A stretch of 64,000 nucleotides of DNA from a bacterium (GCA_030704795.1 JAUYCZ010000015.1:27540-91539); one strand, 5' to 3'. Shown: positions 36,828 through 46,808, numbered from the stretch's first letter. The notes: generated by a model not told the origin, from the sequence alone. Program-made: numbers and translations.

Positions 36828-38003
36828 ATGGAAATCTCACCTTTAGCTGACAAAATAAGGCCAAAAACCTTAGACCAAGTTATTGGCCAGGATCATTTAG
36901 TCGGAAAAGACAAGCCCATCCGCCGGATCATTGAAACCGGCCAGCTTTTTTCCATGATCTTCTGGGGACCGCCCGGTACCGGCAAAACCACGCTGGCTCG
37001 AATCATTGCCAATGAAACCAATGCCCATTTTGTTGAATACTCGGCGGTCAGTGCCAAAAAACAAGACGTGATGAACGTCATCAACGAAGCCCGAGAAGGG
37101 TTGAAAACCGCCCGGCAACGGACGGTTCTCTTTATTGACGAAATCCACCGCTTCAACAAGGCCCAGCAAGACGCTTTCCTGCCCTCCGTCGAAGACGGCA
37201 CCATTATTTTGATTGGCGCCACCACCGAAAACCCTTCTTTTGAAATTATCAGTCCCCTGCTTTCCCGCTGTCGGGTTTTCGTTTTGAATGAAATCCAAAA
37301 AGAAGATCTGGAGAAGATCATCGGCCGCGGGACCAAAAAACTAAAGATAAAAATCCCGAAAGACGCCCTGGAGTTCTTGGCTAATTTTGCCAACGGCGAC
37401 GCGCGGCAAGCCCTGAATCTTTTGGAAGCGACGGTTCAGCTCTACCAGAAAGTAACTATAGAAAATATCAAGTCAGCTCTGCAGAGTAAGTTTTTGCGAT
37501 ATGACAAAGCCGGCGAAGAACACTACAACACCATCTCGGCTTTTATTAAAAGCATGAGAGCTTCTAATGTTGACGCGGCCTTATACTATTTGGCCAGAAT
37601 GGTTGATTCGGGCGAAGATCCTCTCTTCATCGTCCGCCGCATGGTTATCTTTGCCTCCGAAGATATCGGCATCGCCCAGCCCACCGCCTTGGTGGTGGCT
37701 AACGAAGTCTTTCGCGCCTGCGAAACCATCGGCTATCCTGAATGCGCCATCAACCTGGCCCACGGCGTCGTCTATCTTTGCCAGGCTAAAAAAGACCGTT
37801 CTTCTTACGACGCCTATTTTAGAGCCTTGGAAGACGTCAAAAACTACGGCAACTTGCCCATTCCTTTAAAATTGAGAAATGCCCCGACCAAACTAATGAA
37901 GAACCTGGGCTACGGCCAGGGCTATCAGAAATACGACCAAGAAAGCCTGCTGCCGGAGGAATTAAAAGGGAAAAAGTACTACCGTGAAAAAGACAAAGAA
38001 TAG
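36828..38003 (+). CDS. rarA: replication-associated recombination protein A (AAA ATPase)
   Basis: Walker A GPPGTGKTT, MgsA C-terminal domain. Confidence 0.85.
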   Translation: MEISPLADKIRPKTLDQVIGQDHLVGKDKPIRRIIETGQLFSMIFWGPPGTGKTTLARIIANETNAHFVEYSAVSAKKQDVMNVINEAREGLKTARQRTVLFIDEIHRFNKAQQDAFLPSVEDGTIILIGATTENPSFEIISPLLSRCRVFVLNEIQKEDLEKIIGRGTKKLKIKIPKDALEFLANFANGDARQALNLLEATVQLYQKVTIENIKSALQSKFLRYDKAGEEHYNTISAFIKSMRASNVDAALYYLARMVDSGEDPLFIVRRMVIFASEDIGIAQPTALVVANEVFRACETIGYPECAINLAHGVVYLCQAKKDRSSYDAYFRALEDVKNYGNLPIPLKLRNAPTKLMKNLGYGQGYQKYDQESLLPEELKGKKYYREKDKE

Positions 38004-38598
38004 ACAATCAGAGATGAAACGCCATCTCAGCCGCGATCCAATCATGAAGCGCCTGGTTAGGCAATATGAATTGGAAGAACTCGAGAAAAAGAAAAATCTT
38101 TTTTCGGCTTTAACCTATGAAATCATCGGCCAGCAGCTTTCGGGCAAGGTAGCCCGGGTAATCCATTCTCGATTTCTCGACCTTTTCCCTAAAAAGAAAT
38201 TCCCCCAACCCAAAGATGTTTTAGAGCTTTCCGACAAAAGAATCCGCTCTTGCGGCTGCTCCTGGGCTAAAGTCAAATACCTCAAATCTCTGGCCCAATG
38301 CATTGCCAGCGGCCAGCTGAATTTGAAATCGCTCTACCGGGTTTCTGACGAAGCCGCCCGCGAACAGCTTTTGAGAGTTAAGGGCATCGGCCCCTGGACG
38401 GCGGAGATGTTTCTCATTTTTTCCCTCCACCGGCCCGACATTTTTTCGGTCGGTGATCTGGGATTGAGAAGCGCCGTCTCCAGGCTCTATAAAGTCCGGA
38501 AAGACGATCTTAAAAAGATTGAAAAAATTAGCGAGCGCTGGAAGCCCTTCCGTAGCTTTGCCTGTCGTTATCTTTGGGAATCCATTGATAACAAATAG
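37984..38598 (+). CDS. DNA-3-methyladenine glycosylase II-like (HhH-GPD)
   Basis: LLRVKGIGPWTAEMFLIF...GDLGLRSAV HhH-GPD motif with catalytic Asp. Confidence 0.7.
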   Translation: MKKTKNRQSEMKRHLSRDPIMKRLVRQYELEELEKKKNLFSALTYEIIGQQLSGKVARVIHSRFLDLFPKKKFPQPKDVLELSDKRIRSCGCSWAKVKYLKSLAQCIASGQLNLKSLYRVSDEAAREQLLRVKGIGPWTAEMFLIFSLHRPDIFSVGDLGLRSAVSRLYKVRKDDLKKIEKISERWKPFRSFACRYLWESIDNK

Positions 38599-38604
38599 AT
38601 ATCC

Positions 38605-39078
38605 ATGTTAGACACCAGCCCGGTTTTCGAGAAGATAAAAGCCTTGTTAGATCAAGGCCAGGTTCCCTATCAACTCTTTGAACACGAGCCGGTTTTTACA
38701 TCAGAGCAGGCCGCCAAAGTCAGAAACACGCCTCAAAAATTCGGGGCCAAAGCCATTGTTTTCCTGGCCGACAAGACTCCGGTTTTGGCTGTGGTCCCCG
38801 GAGACAAGAGAATCGATCTTAAGACTTTCAAAAAGCTTTACGGAATAAAAGACTTGCGGATTGCGAGTCCAGAGCAGGTCAAAGAGCTGACCGGCCTGGA
38901 GATTGGCGCCATCCCGCCCTTCGGCCACGCCATGAATCTGCCAACCTACCTCGACGAACAAATTACCCGGAACGAAATGATGGCCTTTAATATCGGCAGC
39001 CACACCAAATCGGTTCAGATGAAGCCGAAAGATTTTCTCCAGCTAGAAAAACCGATTATCGGCAACTTCAGCATTTAG
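38605..39078 (+). CDS. ybaK: YbaK/ProX-type aminoacyl-tRNA deacylase
   Basis: 157 aa, KAIVFLADKTPVLAVVPGDKRIDLKTF ... GAIPPFGH. Confidence 0.7.
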   Translation: MLDTSPVFEKIKALLDQGQVPYQLFEHEPVFTSEQAAKVRNTPQKFGAKAIVFLADKTPVLAVVPGDKRIDLKTFKKLYGIKDLRIASPEQVKELTGLEIGAIPPFGHAMNLPTYLDEQITRNEMMAFNIGSHTKSVQMKPKDFLQLEKPIIGNFSI

Positions 39079-39200
39079 TCTCCACGAGCTCTGTTCTCAA
39101 AGGATATTCCCCTTAGAGTCGTAAAAAATAACGATAGCTAGCAACGTTTCTTTCCGGCATTTTTAATCTAAAAAGATTTTCTTACCTCGCCCCAACGAGG

Positions 39201-39554
39201 CTAAGATTTTCTTAAATTGTTTCTGCGTTTCTCTTTGGAATTGCGCAAAATGCGCTCGAGCTCTTCTTTAACCTCGTCAATGGCCGCTTCCAAATCGTAG
39301 TTCGTTGAAGTGGCCCTGAAATGCCGCTTGCCAGGCATGATAATGTCGCATTCGGCATACCAAATTCTGCCCTCTTTGTGGTGCTCGGTGGTCTTGGCCA
39401 GTTCGATCCAGGCGTGTACCGAAAGAGGACCCAGGCCGGGCCGTTCCGTTTCGGCTTTGTCTAAAAACTTGTCCAGCGATCCGATTTTCTTCTGGACGAG
39501 ATTCTTGATCCGTTCGTCGGGTTCGAGATTGGTAAATTTGATGTGAAAATCCAT
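39201..39554 (-). CDS. hpf: ribosome hibernation promoting factor (RaiA/YfiA family)
   Basis: MDFHIKFTNLEPDERIKNLVQKKIGSLDKF N-terminus. Confidence 0.75.
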   Translation of the reverse strand: MDFHIKFTNLEPDERIKNLVQKKIGSLDKFLDKAETERPGLGPLSVHAWIELAKTTEHHKEGRIWYAECDIIMPGKRHFRATSTNYDLEAAIDEVKEELERILRNSKEKRRNNLRKS

Positions 39555-39575
39555 ATGACCTTATTATACCTTAAC

Positions 39576-41117
39576 TTACTTTAACTGATAAATATAGAGA
39601 AGGTCAGAATTATACCGGCTGATCTTAAAAACTGGATTAAGTTTGGAGTAACCAAAGGTTTGCTCTAAATTAGCTGGCAAGAATGTCTGACGGGTGAAAA
39701 ACATGAGATAGTCAGACCGGTTCGAACAGCCGAAAGAAAGGTCTGATCTGACGGGATAAAACTGCAGAAGGTGATCGGCCAAAGGAACGCAAACCAAGGC
39801 CCCCTCTCCGGCGTTCTGATTGAGCCAGTTCGCGCCCTGACGATAAGTGCTTCCCCAGTATTCAATTTCAAAATAGTTCTCGATCTGTCGGGGAACGATC
39901 CTTCTCAAAGCTTCGTTGAAATAGGCGTCGCCGTAGGGATAGACTGAGAAAAATTCAAAGGCCAGCTCAAAAAAGATCAGACAAGCCGCCGCCCAAACGA
40001 TCTTCCGGGCGCGTTCTGGATGCTTGGACAAAACCTTCGTCAGAAATCCCAAAAAGTGGTTGAGGCCCAAGCCCGCCATTATGGTCAAGGCCGGAAAAAT
40101 GATCAGGTAATGCCGGATGCCGTCATATTTGATGACGCCCGGCTTCATCGAGACCAAAACAGGAATGAATAGCCAAGATAAGAGCAAGCTGTTCTCCAAA
40201 ACCCTGTCTTTTTTCCAAAGGTTGCCAGCCACCGAAAACATGCCCGCCGCCCAAAAAATCAGAATTAGAATTGGCGTAGTAACGGCCAGGTAAACCCAGG
40301 CGTAATGCCAGGGCAATTGATTGGCGGAATAGACTTGGCCCAAGTACAAAACTTGACCTTGCCAACCGTGGTGCAAAAAGAAATTGACCGATTTAAAAAA
40401 CAACCCGGGGTCTGACCAGAGAGCGGGCCAAGCCAGAAAAACCGTCACCGCCGACGCACCGAGAAAGGTCGCAATTAAAACCAGGTTCTTTTTTAAATCA
40501 GGCCAAAAGACAAGGGTGAAAGGAATGAAAAAGATGGGTAAAACCATCAGGGCGTTGACTCGGGTCGCCAAGGCCAAGCCGAAAAATAAACCCGCCGCGA
40601 CCGAAAACCAGATTCTTTTTTCTTTGAAGACTCGGTAAAGAAAAAAGAGACAAATCAAAGAAAAAACGGCCACCGGGATATCTTTAGAATTGTAGAAACC
40701 ATGGGCAATAAAACGGGGTGAAAATATCAGCAACAACAAGGCCCAAAGAGCGACTTTTCCGCCGAACATTGTTTTGGCGAATAGATAAAGGAAAAACAGG
40801 CCGGCCACCATAGTCAGAAGAATCAAGAGGTGAAAAGCGTCAATGTAGCCCAGGCCAAAGAGATTAGCGACGGCTCGGCCAAAAAACTGATTAACAATCT
40901 CGAAAAAAGAACCATAATAGATTAAATCGTCTCGCAAAAGCTCGATTTTCGGGGTTTGTCCTTGCAGCCACTTGAGGGTGGCATTAGCCAAATGATGCTG
41001 GGCCGCCTCGTCCCAAACCATTCCGTGAGAAGAAATAGTAGCCAGGCCAAAGATTAAGAACAAACCGATAGCGGCCACGGCGATTAAGTTACTTTTTTCG
41101 GAAAAGAATTTTATTAT
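39576..41117 (-). CDS. polytopic membrane protein, probable GT-C-fold glycosyltransferase (start trimmed to MIIKFFSEK)
   Basis: More than 10 TM helices. Confidence 0.45.
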   Translation of the reverse strand: MIKFFSEKSNLIAVAAIGLFLIFGLATISSHGMVWDEAAQHHLANATLKWLQGQTPKIELLRDDLIYYGSFFEIVNQFFGRAVANLFGLGYIDAFHLLILLTMVAGLFFLYLFAKTMFGGKVALWALLLLIFSPRFIAHGFYNSKDIPVAVFSLICLFFLYRVFKEKRIWFSVAAGLFFGLALATRVNALMVLPIFFIPFTLVFWPDLKKNLVLIATFLGASAVTVFLAWPALWSDPGLFFKSVNFFLHHGWQGQVLYLGQVYSANQLPWHYAWVYLAVTTPILILIFWAAGMFSVAGNLWKKDRVLENSLLLSWLFIPVLVSMKPGVIKYDGIRHYLIIFPALTIMAGLGLNHFLGFLTKVLSKHPERARKIVWAAACLIFFELAFEFFSVYPYGDAYFNEALRRIVPRQIENYFEIEYWGSTYRQGANWLNQNAGEGALVCVPLADHLLQFYPVRSDLSFGCSNRSDYLMFFTRQTFLPANLEQTFGYSKLNPVFKISRYNSDLLYIYQLK

Positions 41118-41119
41118 CA

Positions 41120-42121
41120 TTAGAGACGCACCAACTTTTCCAACCAGGGAATGTGCTGATTTCTTCTTTTCCACCAGATGTCTTCCCAAACATAATGAAC
41201 CGCCAAGTTCTTCCACTCTCCCCACCTATCAAAACGCTTGAGCATTCTGTCCACCGGCACTAATTTTTTCTCCCAGTCTTGGTTAAAGAAAATCCGATTG
41301 TAGATTTTCTGTTCCCAGGGCGAAATGTGTTTCAGATAATCCCAGCGATGAAAAACGTCGAGCATGATGTAGCCGACCGAAGCCGGGCCGATGCCATAGA
41401 GAGAGATCAAAGCTTTTTCTTGTTCTTCTGGCGGCGCCTGCCTCAACTTCATTTCATCGGTTTGCGCTTGCCCTGAGCTTGTCGAAGGGGCAAACGATTC
41501 GGATACTTTGATTAACGATTTTGCCCGGTAGCCCATTTTCAATTCCCGCAATTTTTGCTCTAAGGACGACTCGGCCAAGGCTTTCGGTTCCCAAAAGCAC
41601 CATAATTTCTCTCCGGCAAATTCCAAAAGTGTACCGTAGTTCTCAAAAAGCGCCTGCATCATGTAGACCGATCGTCTGACCGTGGCGTTCTGAAGAACGA
41701 TGGCAATAATCAGATACTCATATAAAGAACCGTGATGCATGGGCCGCAAACCGTAAAACCGCTTAATGGCCGGCTTTAAAAGAGGGTCCTTGCCAAGTTC
41801 GCGGTAAAAGCCGGACAAGTCCAAGTTTAGGTTGTAGCGCCAAATCACCTCGTTTTTAACCGAATTGATAAATTCTAAAGATAATTTTTTCTCAGAGAAA
41901 ATGGAAACTTTAACTTTGGGCTTGGATGGTGTCCCGGCATTTCCAAAAACCGTGCCCAACTTCTCCCCCTTCCAAAACATGGTCTGCCACCGCTTACCGC
42001 CGGCCTCGGCCCACTTCATGTCTTTTGACGGAAAATGCCCCGGCTTGAAAAACGTCGAGTCAAAATGAAACGGCTTAGTAGAAATAATTTCAATCGTTTT
42101 GCGGCACCTCATGGATATCAT
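41120..42121 (-). CDS. HhH-GPD DNA glycosylase (8-oxoguanine glycosylase-like)
   Basis: LISLYGIGPASVGYIMLDVF HhH-GPD motif. Confidence 0.6.
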   Translation of the reverse strand: MISMRCRKTIEIISTKPFHFDSTFFKPGHFPSKDMKWAEAGGKRWQTMFWKGEKLGTVFGNAGTPSKPKVKVSIFSEKKLSLEFINSVKNEVIWRYNLNLDLSGFYRELGKDPLLKPAIKRFYGLRPMHHGSLYEYLIIAIVLQNATVRRSVYMMQALFENYGTLLEFAGEKLWCFWEPKALAESSLEQKLRELKMGYRAKSLIKVSESFAPSTSSGQAQTDEMKLRQAPPEEQEKALISLYGIGPASVGYIMLDVFHRWDYLKHISPWEQKIYNRIFFNQDWEKKLVPVDRMLKRFDRWGEWKNLAVHYVWEDIWWKRRNQHIPWLEKLVRL

Positions 42122-42125
42122 AAAA

Positions 42126-42881
42126 TCAAAGATTTAATTCTATTCCCGCAGAACAATGGTCAGAGCCTAAAATCTCGGGCAAGATAAAAGTCTTTTTCAA
42201 TCTCGGCAGCAATGGTTTAGAGATAAAACAATAGTCAATGCGCCAGCCAATGTTTCTCTGCCGGGCCAAAGCAAAATACGGCCACCAGGTGTAATGACCG
42301 CCATCTTTATGAAAAACACGGAAAGCATCAACGAAACCCAAACCGACCAGTTTATCAATCTGTTTTCTTTCCTCTGAAGTAAACATAATGTTGTTTTGAT
42401 TCTGCTTGGGCCGGGCCAAATCAATTTCCTGGTGAGCGATATTAAAATCACCAGTTAAAATCAAGTGTTTATTTTTAATTTTGTTCAGGTATTTCAAAAA
42501 AAACCGGTAAGTTTCCAATTTATAATCCAAGTTTTCTTTTTGTCGGCCGCCGTGGGGAAAGTAAAAATTAATCAGGATAAACTTCGAGAACGTCAGCTTC
42601 AGAAACCTTCCCTCCTGATCAAACCTGACCAGGCCGGTTTTGTCTTCCACGAGCTTCGGCTTTTCTTTGGTCAAGACGGCCACCCCGCTGTAACCCGGTT
42701 TCTGGGCGCAATTAAAAAAGAGGTGATAACCCTTTGGAATTGTTAACTCCTCCAATTGCTCTGGCTGAATCTTAATTTCCTGTAGACACAAAATATCGGG
42801 TTTGACTTTGGCAATAAAATTCAAAAATCCCTTTTTGTAAACGCTCCTGATGCCATTAACGTTCCAAGTAATAATTTTCAT
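42126..42881 (-). CDS. xthA: exodeoxyribonuclease III
   Basis: MKIITWNVNGIRS...DILCLQEIK, C-terminal SDHC. Confidence 0.85.
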   Translation of the reverse strand: MKIITWNVNGIRSVYKKGFLNFIAKVKPDILCLQEIKIQPEQLEELTIPKGYHLFFNCAQKPGYSGVAVLTKEKPKLVEDKTGLVRFDQEGRFLKLTFSKFILINFYFPHGGRQKENLDYKLETYRFFLKYLNKIKNKHLILTGDFNIAHQEIDLARPKQNQNNIMFTSEERKQIDKLVGLGFVDAFRVFHKDGGHYTWWPYFALARQRNIGWRIDYCFISKPLLPRLKKTFILPEILGSDHCSAGIELNL

Positions 42882-43004
42882 CTCTTAAGCGTAATCTTTG
42901 CCGGTGAAAAGCTCACGGATGATGTCTTCGATGGCCGGTTCCTCAATCAATAAATCCGCCGCTGGCAATTGTTCCAGAGCACAGGCCGTCGTTCTGCTAT
43001 ATCA

Positions 43005-44213
43005 TTACCGAGTGGCGGCAAAAGCGTTCACCAGTCCCCAACCATAGAGATTATCAGGTCCGGCAATACCAAGATCGGTCACAGTTGCCTGGAGTTTTGC
43101 CTGAACTTCATCCGGATCCCATACACTGTTAGCATTCGCATCGTAAGAGCCAACTGGGGTGTTTAAGACGAGTGCAACAGAGCCAGTAACATGAGGCGCA
43201 GCCATGGAAGTTCCGAAAAGAGTAGCGTAACCCGTGCCTTTGTAGGTGGAATAGATGCTCACGCCAGGAGCAGCCAAGTCAACTTCGGGGCCGCGGCTGG
43301 ACCACGAAGCAATGACATTGTTCTGGTCGGTGGCCGAAACCGCAATTGCCTCCGGATAGGCCGCCGGAAAGATGACCGAAGGATCACTACTTTCACCACT
43401 ATTCCCCGCGGCCGCCACGACTACAATGCCAGCACCCTTAGCGGCAATCACGGCATCGTGAAGTGATTGAACATCCGAAGCCGTACCCAAGCTCATATTA
43501 ATAACCTGCATACCATTCGCCATCGCCCATTGAATCCCCTCAATCACATCAGAAAGATAACCCGAGCCGCTCGCGCTCAAGACCTTGATGGCATAAAGAT
43601 CAATTTTGGGTCCAACGCCAATCACGCCAATTTCGTTATCAAGGCCGGCAGTAATTCCGGCTACATGCGAACCATGGCCGTTATCATCATTCCAACTTTT
43701 TCGAGGATTAATAGTGTTTACGCCACCCTTGATGTTCGCTTTCAGGTCTGGATGATCTTTCGAGATACCTGTATCAATAATGCCAACTTTGATCGGGTCA
43801 GCGGTGTTGGGCCAGACTTTTTCAGCGTCAATTCTATCTACTCCCCAGGGCAAAACTTCAGCTGGCTGAGTTGGAGCAGGTTTAAAAGATCTGGCAGAAA
43901 TACCGCCTCTAATTAAAGCTTCAACCACGACATCATCTTCCACTCGCACAACACCGGGAGAAGCCGCTAATTTTGCGGCCGCGGAACGATCCGGCACCCA
44001 CACCGCTTTGGCGCCAATGAGATCAAGATTCTTTAATTTAGCGCCGCCTGCCCGGATAATTAATTCATCTTTCGCCGCGTCTTTTAGGGCTTTGCTGAAG
44101 ACGACAATCTTACGTCCGCCGCCGCCATTGGATTGAGCCACGGCTTGAACCACAAATAAAGCCAGGCCAAAAATGGCCGTGAGAGTTATTACTCCTAAAA
44201 TAATTTTTTTCAT
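43005..44213 (-). CDS. secreted subtilisin-like serine protease (S8)
   Basis: Catalytic triad blocks VGIIDTGI, HGSHVAGI, GTSMAAPHVTG; signal peptide. Confidence 0.85.
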   Translation of the reverse strand: MKKIILGVITLTAIFGLALFVVQAVAQSNGGGGRKIVVFSKALKDAAKDELIIRAGGAKLKNLDLIGAKAVWVPDRSAAAKLAASPGVVRVEDDVVVEALIRGGISARSFKPAPTQPAEVLPWGVDRIDAEKVWPNTADPIKVGIIDTGISKDHPDLKANIKGGVNTINPRKSWNDDNGHGSHVAGITAGLDNEIGVIGVGPKIDLYAIKVLSASGSGYLSDVIEGIQWAMANGMQVINMSLGTASDVQSLHDAVIAAKGAGIVVVAAAGNSGESSDPSVIFPAAYPEAIAVSATDQNNVIASWSSRGPEVDLAAPGVSIYSTYKGTGYATLFGTSMAAPHVTGSVALVLNTPVGSYDANANSVWDPDEVQAKLQATVTDLGIAGPDNLYGWGLVNAFAATR

Positions 44214-44270
44214 ATCAATTATGCGTTTAATAGATATTTTATTTCGACCTTTTAATTTGATAAATTAAGG

Positions 44271-45017
44271 TTATTTTCTCCCCGGCTTTGTTGGAGAAGC
44301 ACTGAAATAATTGTCTAATCCTTGAAAAAGAGCGCCCGCTTCCTGGTTTACTCTATCTCCATTAAGAACGAATTTAGCAGATCCGTCAGAATTAGAACAA
44401 ACTTGGGTTGATGTTCCGTTTAGATATTGTTGAGCCTCCCCCTCATTCGTAATATAGTATGCCTCAGTTAAAGCAGAAACTAAATGGCCATAAACTGTCA
44501 TTCCGTAACCGCCGTGGTCTAGGCCCTCATTATTTCCAGTGAGTGGCACTAAGGCCTCAAGTAAAGCCTTGGCTAACGGTATGTCTTGTTTCTCATTATA
44601 GATTACCATTGTTCCATCGTAAGTAGAGTCAATTGAGCCATTGTGGTGAACCGAAACTAAGGCATCGCATTTCCTGCCATATAAACTTTTGCATTCTTCT
44701 ATTGCCATATCAACTCTACTTTTTCGACTGGAAATGGTCTCATCGCATTTTCGAGTTAAAACAACTGTGGCACCGGCCCCTTCTAATTTTGCTTTTAAGG
44801 CATAAACCACTGCTAAATTGACATCTTTTTCATAAATCTGGGCATTTTCTCCAGAGTTTGCCGGATATTGTGCTCCTAATTCCGTTCCGCCATGACCGGC
44901 ATCCAGAGCAATAATTTTTCCCTGAAGAGAAGTCTGAGCTGAAATCATTCCGGTCGCAACTAAACCAACCAATGTTATCGAACCCAAAACTATTAATCCA
45001 ATTTTTATCTTTCCCAT
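44271..45017 (-). CDS. N-acetylmuramoyl-L-alanine amidase (Amidase_3)
   Basis: IALDAGHGG, signal peptide. Confidence 0.75.
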   Translation of the reverse strand: MGKIKIGLIVLGSITLVGLVATGMISAQTSLQGKIIALDAGHGGTELGAQYPANSGENAQIYEKDVNLAVVYALKAKLEGAGATVVLTRKCDETISSRKSRVDMAIEECKSLYGRKCDALVSVHHNGSIDSTYDGTMVIYNEKQDIPLAKALLEALVPLTGNNEGLDHGGYGMTVYGHLVSALTEAYYITNEGEAQQYLNGTSTQVCSNSDGSAKFVLNGDRVNQEAGALFQGLDNYFSASPTKPGRK

Positions 45018-45166
45018 ATTTTAATTAAAAATTAAATTCTAAACGATTGACCTTTGATTTAGAGTTTTTTCTCTAATCTACTAAAAGTTTAAAACATTTT
45101 GTTGTAAAAAGCAATAAGTCAACTGTTCAAAGTCGGACCTTAAACACTGTTTAAAAGAGGAATTTG

Positions 45167-45194
45167 TTGACATTTCTTTTGGGTTTTGTAATGA
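45167..45194 (+). promoter_or_regulatory. sigma70-like promoter (TTGACA-16-TAATGA) plus strong RBS GAGAGGAGGAAG at 45233-45244
   Basis: Read directly upstream of ATG 45250. Confidence 0.45.
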
Positions 45195-45249
45195 AGATAA
45201 TAGAACCTTTAACAATTCCTGAAACACATAGACAGAGAGGAGGAAGACG

Positions 45250-46137
45250 ATGGCTCTAAAAGAAGGATGGCCCGCCATTCGGGCAGAATGGTTGTGGGAC
45301 TGGCAAAAAAGGGGAACCCTCAAGACGGTTTCTCTTTTCGGAACAAAAGTGCTTATTGTTGCCGAAAATGCCCGCCCAAGAAAGACCTGTTATCGAATAA
45401 AGGGGGAGAAAACCTATAGAGTCCTGACTCGCTACTGGCTGGGAAAGGGAGTCCTTCTCGTTCCCCGGTGGGATCCATTGGAATTTCATTATGACCCTGT
45501 TGCCGATGGGGAAGTGGAAATCCTGGATTCCACAGAACGAAAGGAAAGAGGCATTTATCGCCAAGACAGCGGAGACCTTTTAGTGCTTATCTATCAGCAC
45601 CTTGAGGATGCTCTGCACTTTCAGCGCCAGCAATGGCATATGTCGCTTGAAAGTTATCCCGAAGAACTCCAGCAGATTTTCAACAGTCTCGCCAAGATTG
45701 AAGAAAAGGCGTTGGAATTCAGCGGGGACGGACTCAGGGGTTTGGATTATCGGCAACGAAGGGAGGAAATCAACCGCATCCTTACATGCTTAGCAGGGAG
45801 AGAAAAAGCAGCGGCAATTCTCTTGAGGCTTTTCGATGAAGAGATTACCCTTGCCCAGAAATGTCTCCTTGCTACCCTTTCCAGCCAGACGGTAAAAGAT
45901 TTGCTGAAAGGCAGTTCCGTCAATGACGAAGGTTTGAGGGCTTATCTGGTTAAAATTTATCAGAATCTTAGCCAGATAGGCGTTAAGCCGATCGTCAAAC
46001 CTCTTGATTTGGCACAGCGCCAGATTAGAGCGGCCCTGGGCAGCCTTGATGTCGGGGAAACCAGCAGAATGGTTCATCACATCAAGCTGACGATAAAAAG
46101 CTTGGAGGAGGCAGGAAAAAGCCTTCAACGGCCATAA
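45250..46137 (+). CDS. hypothetical protein, no recognised family (Trp-rich beta N-terminal region, helical C-terminal region)
   Basis: 295-aa ORF with own promoter, strong SD and terminator; only plus-strand gene in a minus-strand neighbourhood. Confidence 0.6.
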   Translation: MALKEGWPAIRAEWLWDWQKRGTLKTVSLFGTKVLIVAENARPRKTCYRIKGEKTYRVLTRYWLGKGVLLVPRWDPLEFHYDPVADGEVEILDSTERKERGIYRQDSGDLLVLIYQHLEDALHFQRQQWHMSLESYPEELQQIFNSLAKIEEKALEFSGDGLRGLDYRQRREEINRILTCLAGREKAAAILLRLFDEEITLAQKCLLATLSSQTVKDLLKGSSVNDEGLRAYLVKIYQNLSQIGVKPIVKPLDLAQRQIRAALGSLDVGETSRMVHHIKLTIKSLEEAGKSLQRP

Positions 46138-46144
46138 CCTAAAC

Positions 46145-46183
46145 AATTGGGTTATCCTGAATAGGATAACCCAATTTGTTTTC
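46145..46183 (+). terminator. rho-independent terminator (AATTGGGTTATCC-TGAAT-AGGATAACCCAATT + TGTTTTC)
   Basis: 13-bp perfect stem followed by T tract. Confidence 0.8.
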
Positions 46184-46264
46184 ATCTTAAGCAAATTTTA
46201 ACATTGGAGCGGGCGTGTGGTTGGATGACCACACGAACCCGTCTATCCCCGCCCTTAATTAAAT

Positions 46265-46335
46265 AGCGGGTAAGGGGAGTCGAACCCCTCTCACAATCTT
46301 GGGAAGATTGGGTAATACCGCTATACGATACCCGC
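46265..46335 (-). tRNA. tRNA-Gly (anticodon CCC)
   Basis: Manual fold: GCGGGTA/TACCCGC acceptor, T-arm GGGGTTCGACTCCCC, anticodon loop TTCCCAA. Confidence 0.65.
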
Positions 46336-46355
46336 AGATTTAAGGGCGGGGCGCA

Positions 46356-46772
46356 CTACCACTGTGCTAATCCCGCCATTAATTTTTCTAGGATTTGTTC
46401 AAAGAAATTTTTAGCTGGCTTGACCGGTTTTGCTTCGGGAGTTTCTTCCGGCGGCAAAACCGTGACCACCTTCTCGCCCGGTTTCTTCAACTGAAATTTC
46501 TCCCGGGCTTCTTTCTCTAAATAGCCTTCCTGGGAAGCCGAATTCAAACCAGATTTTAATTCTTCGTTCTTATTTTCCAGGAGAGCCATCTCTTTTCCCA
46601 GATCCTGAACCTTTGAGGCTAACTGCTGCCTTCTCTGGTTCATTTGCCAGTTAGAAAAGAATAAAAGTCCTCCGGCCAAAAGAAGAACAACCGCGAAAAC
46701 CACGGAAACAAGCCGGCCCCGGGAAGAATCAATCTTGTTTTTTTTTAGCCTGTATTTTGCTATCATAAGCAT
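46356..46772 (-). CDS. ftsB: septum formation initiator family protein (FtsB/DivIC-like)
   Basis: TM, coiled coil LLENKNEELK, C-terminal KFQLKKPGEKVVTV. Confidence 0.65.
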   Translation of the reverse strand: MLMIAKYRLKKNKIDSSRGRLVSVVFAVVLLLAGGLLFFSNWQMNQRRQQLASKVQDLGKEMALLENKNEELKSGLNSASQEGYLEKEAREKFQLKKPGEKVVTVLPPEETPEAKPVKPAKNFFEQILEKLMAGLAQW

Positions 46773-46808
46773 AGCTTAGCCTTTTTGCTAAGCAAAAAGG
46801 TAAAGGAT

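Noticed and set aside
42882-43004. Possible short minus-strand coding remnant (...LIEEPAIEDIIRELFTGKDYA) between xth and the S8 protease
   Set aside because: There is no start codon or RBS, it is only about 34 codons, and nothing is recognisable. It is probably a non-coding spacer or decayed gene end.
46200-46260. Second tRNA or tRNA fragment just upstream of tRNA-Gly (GGGTTCGTGTGG...)
   Set aside because: It does not fold into a cloverleaf. It is explained by a local hairpin (CGTGTGGT/ACCACACG) plus the 12-bp flanking helix.
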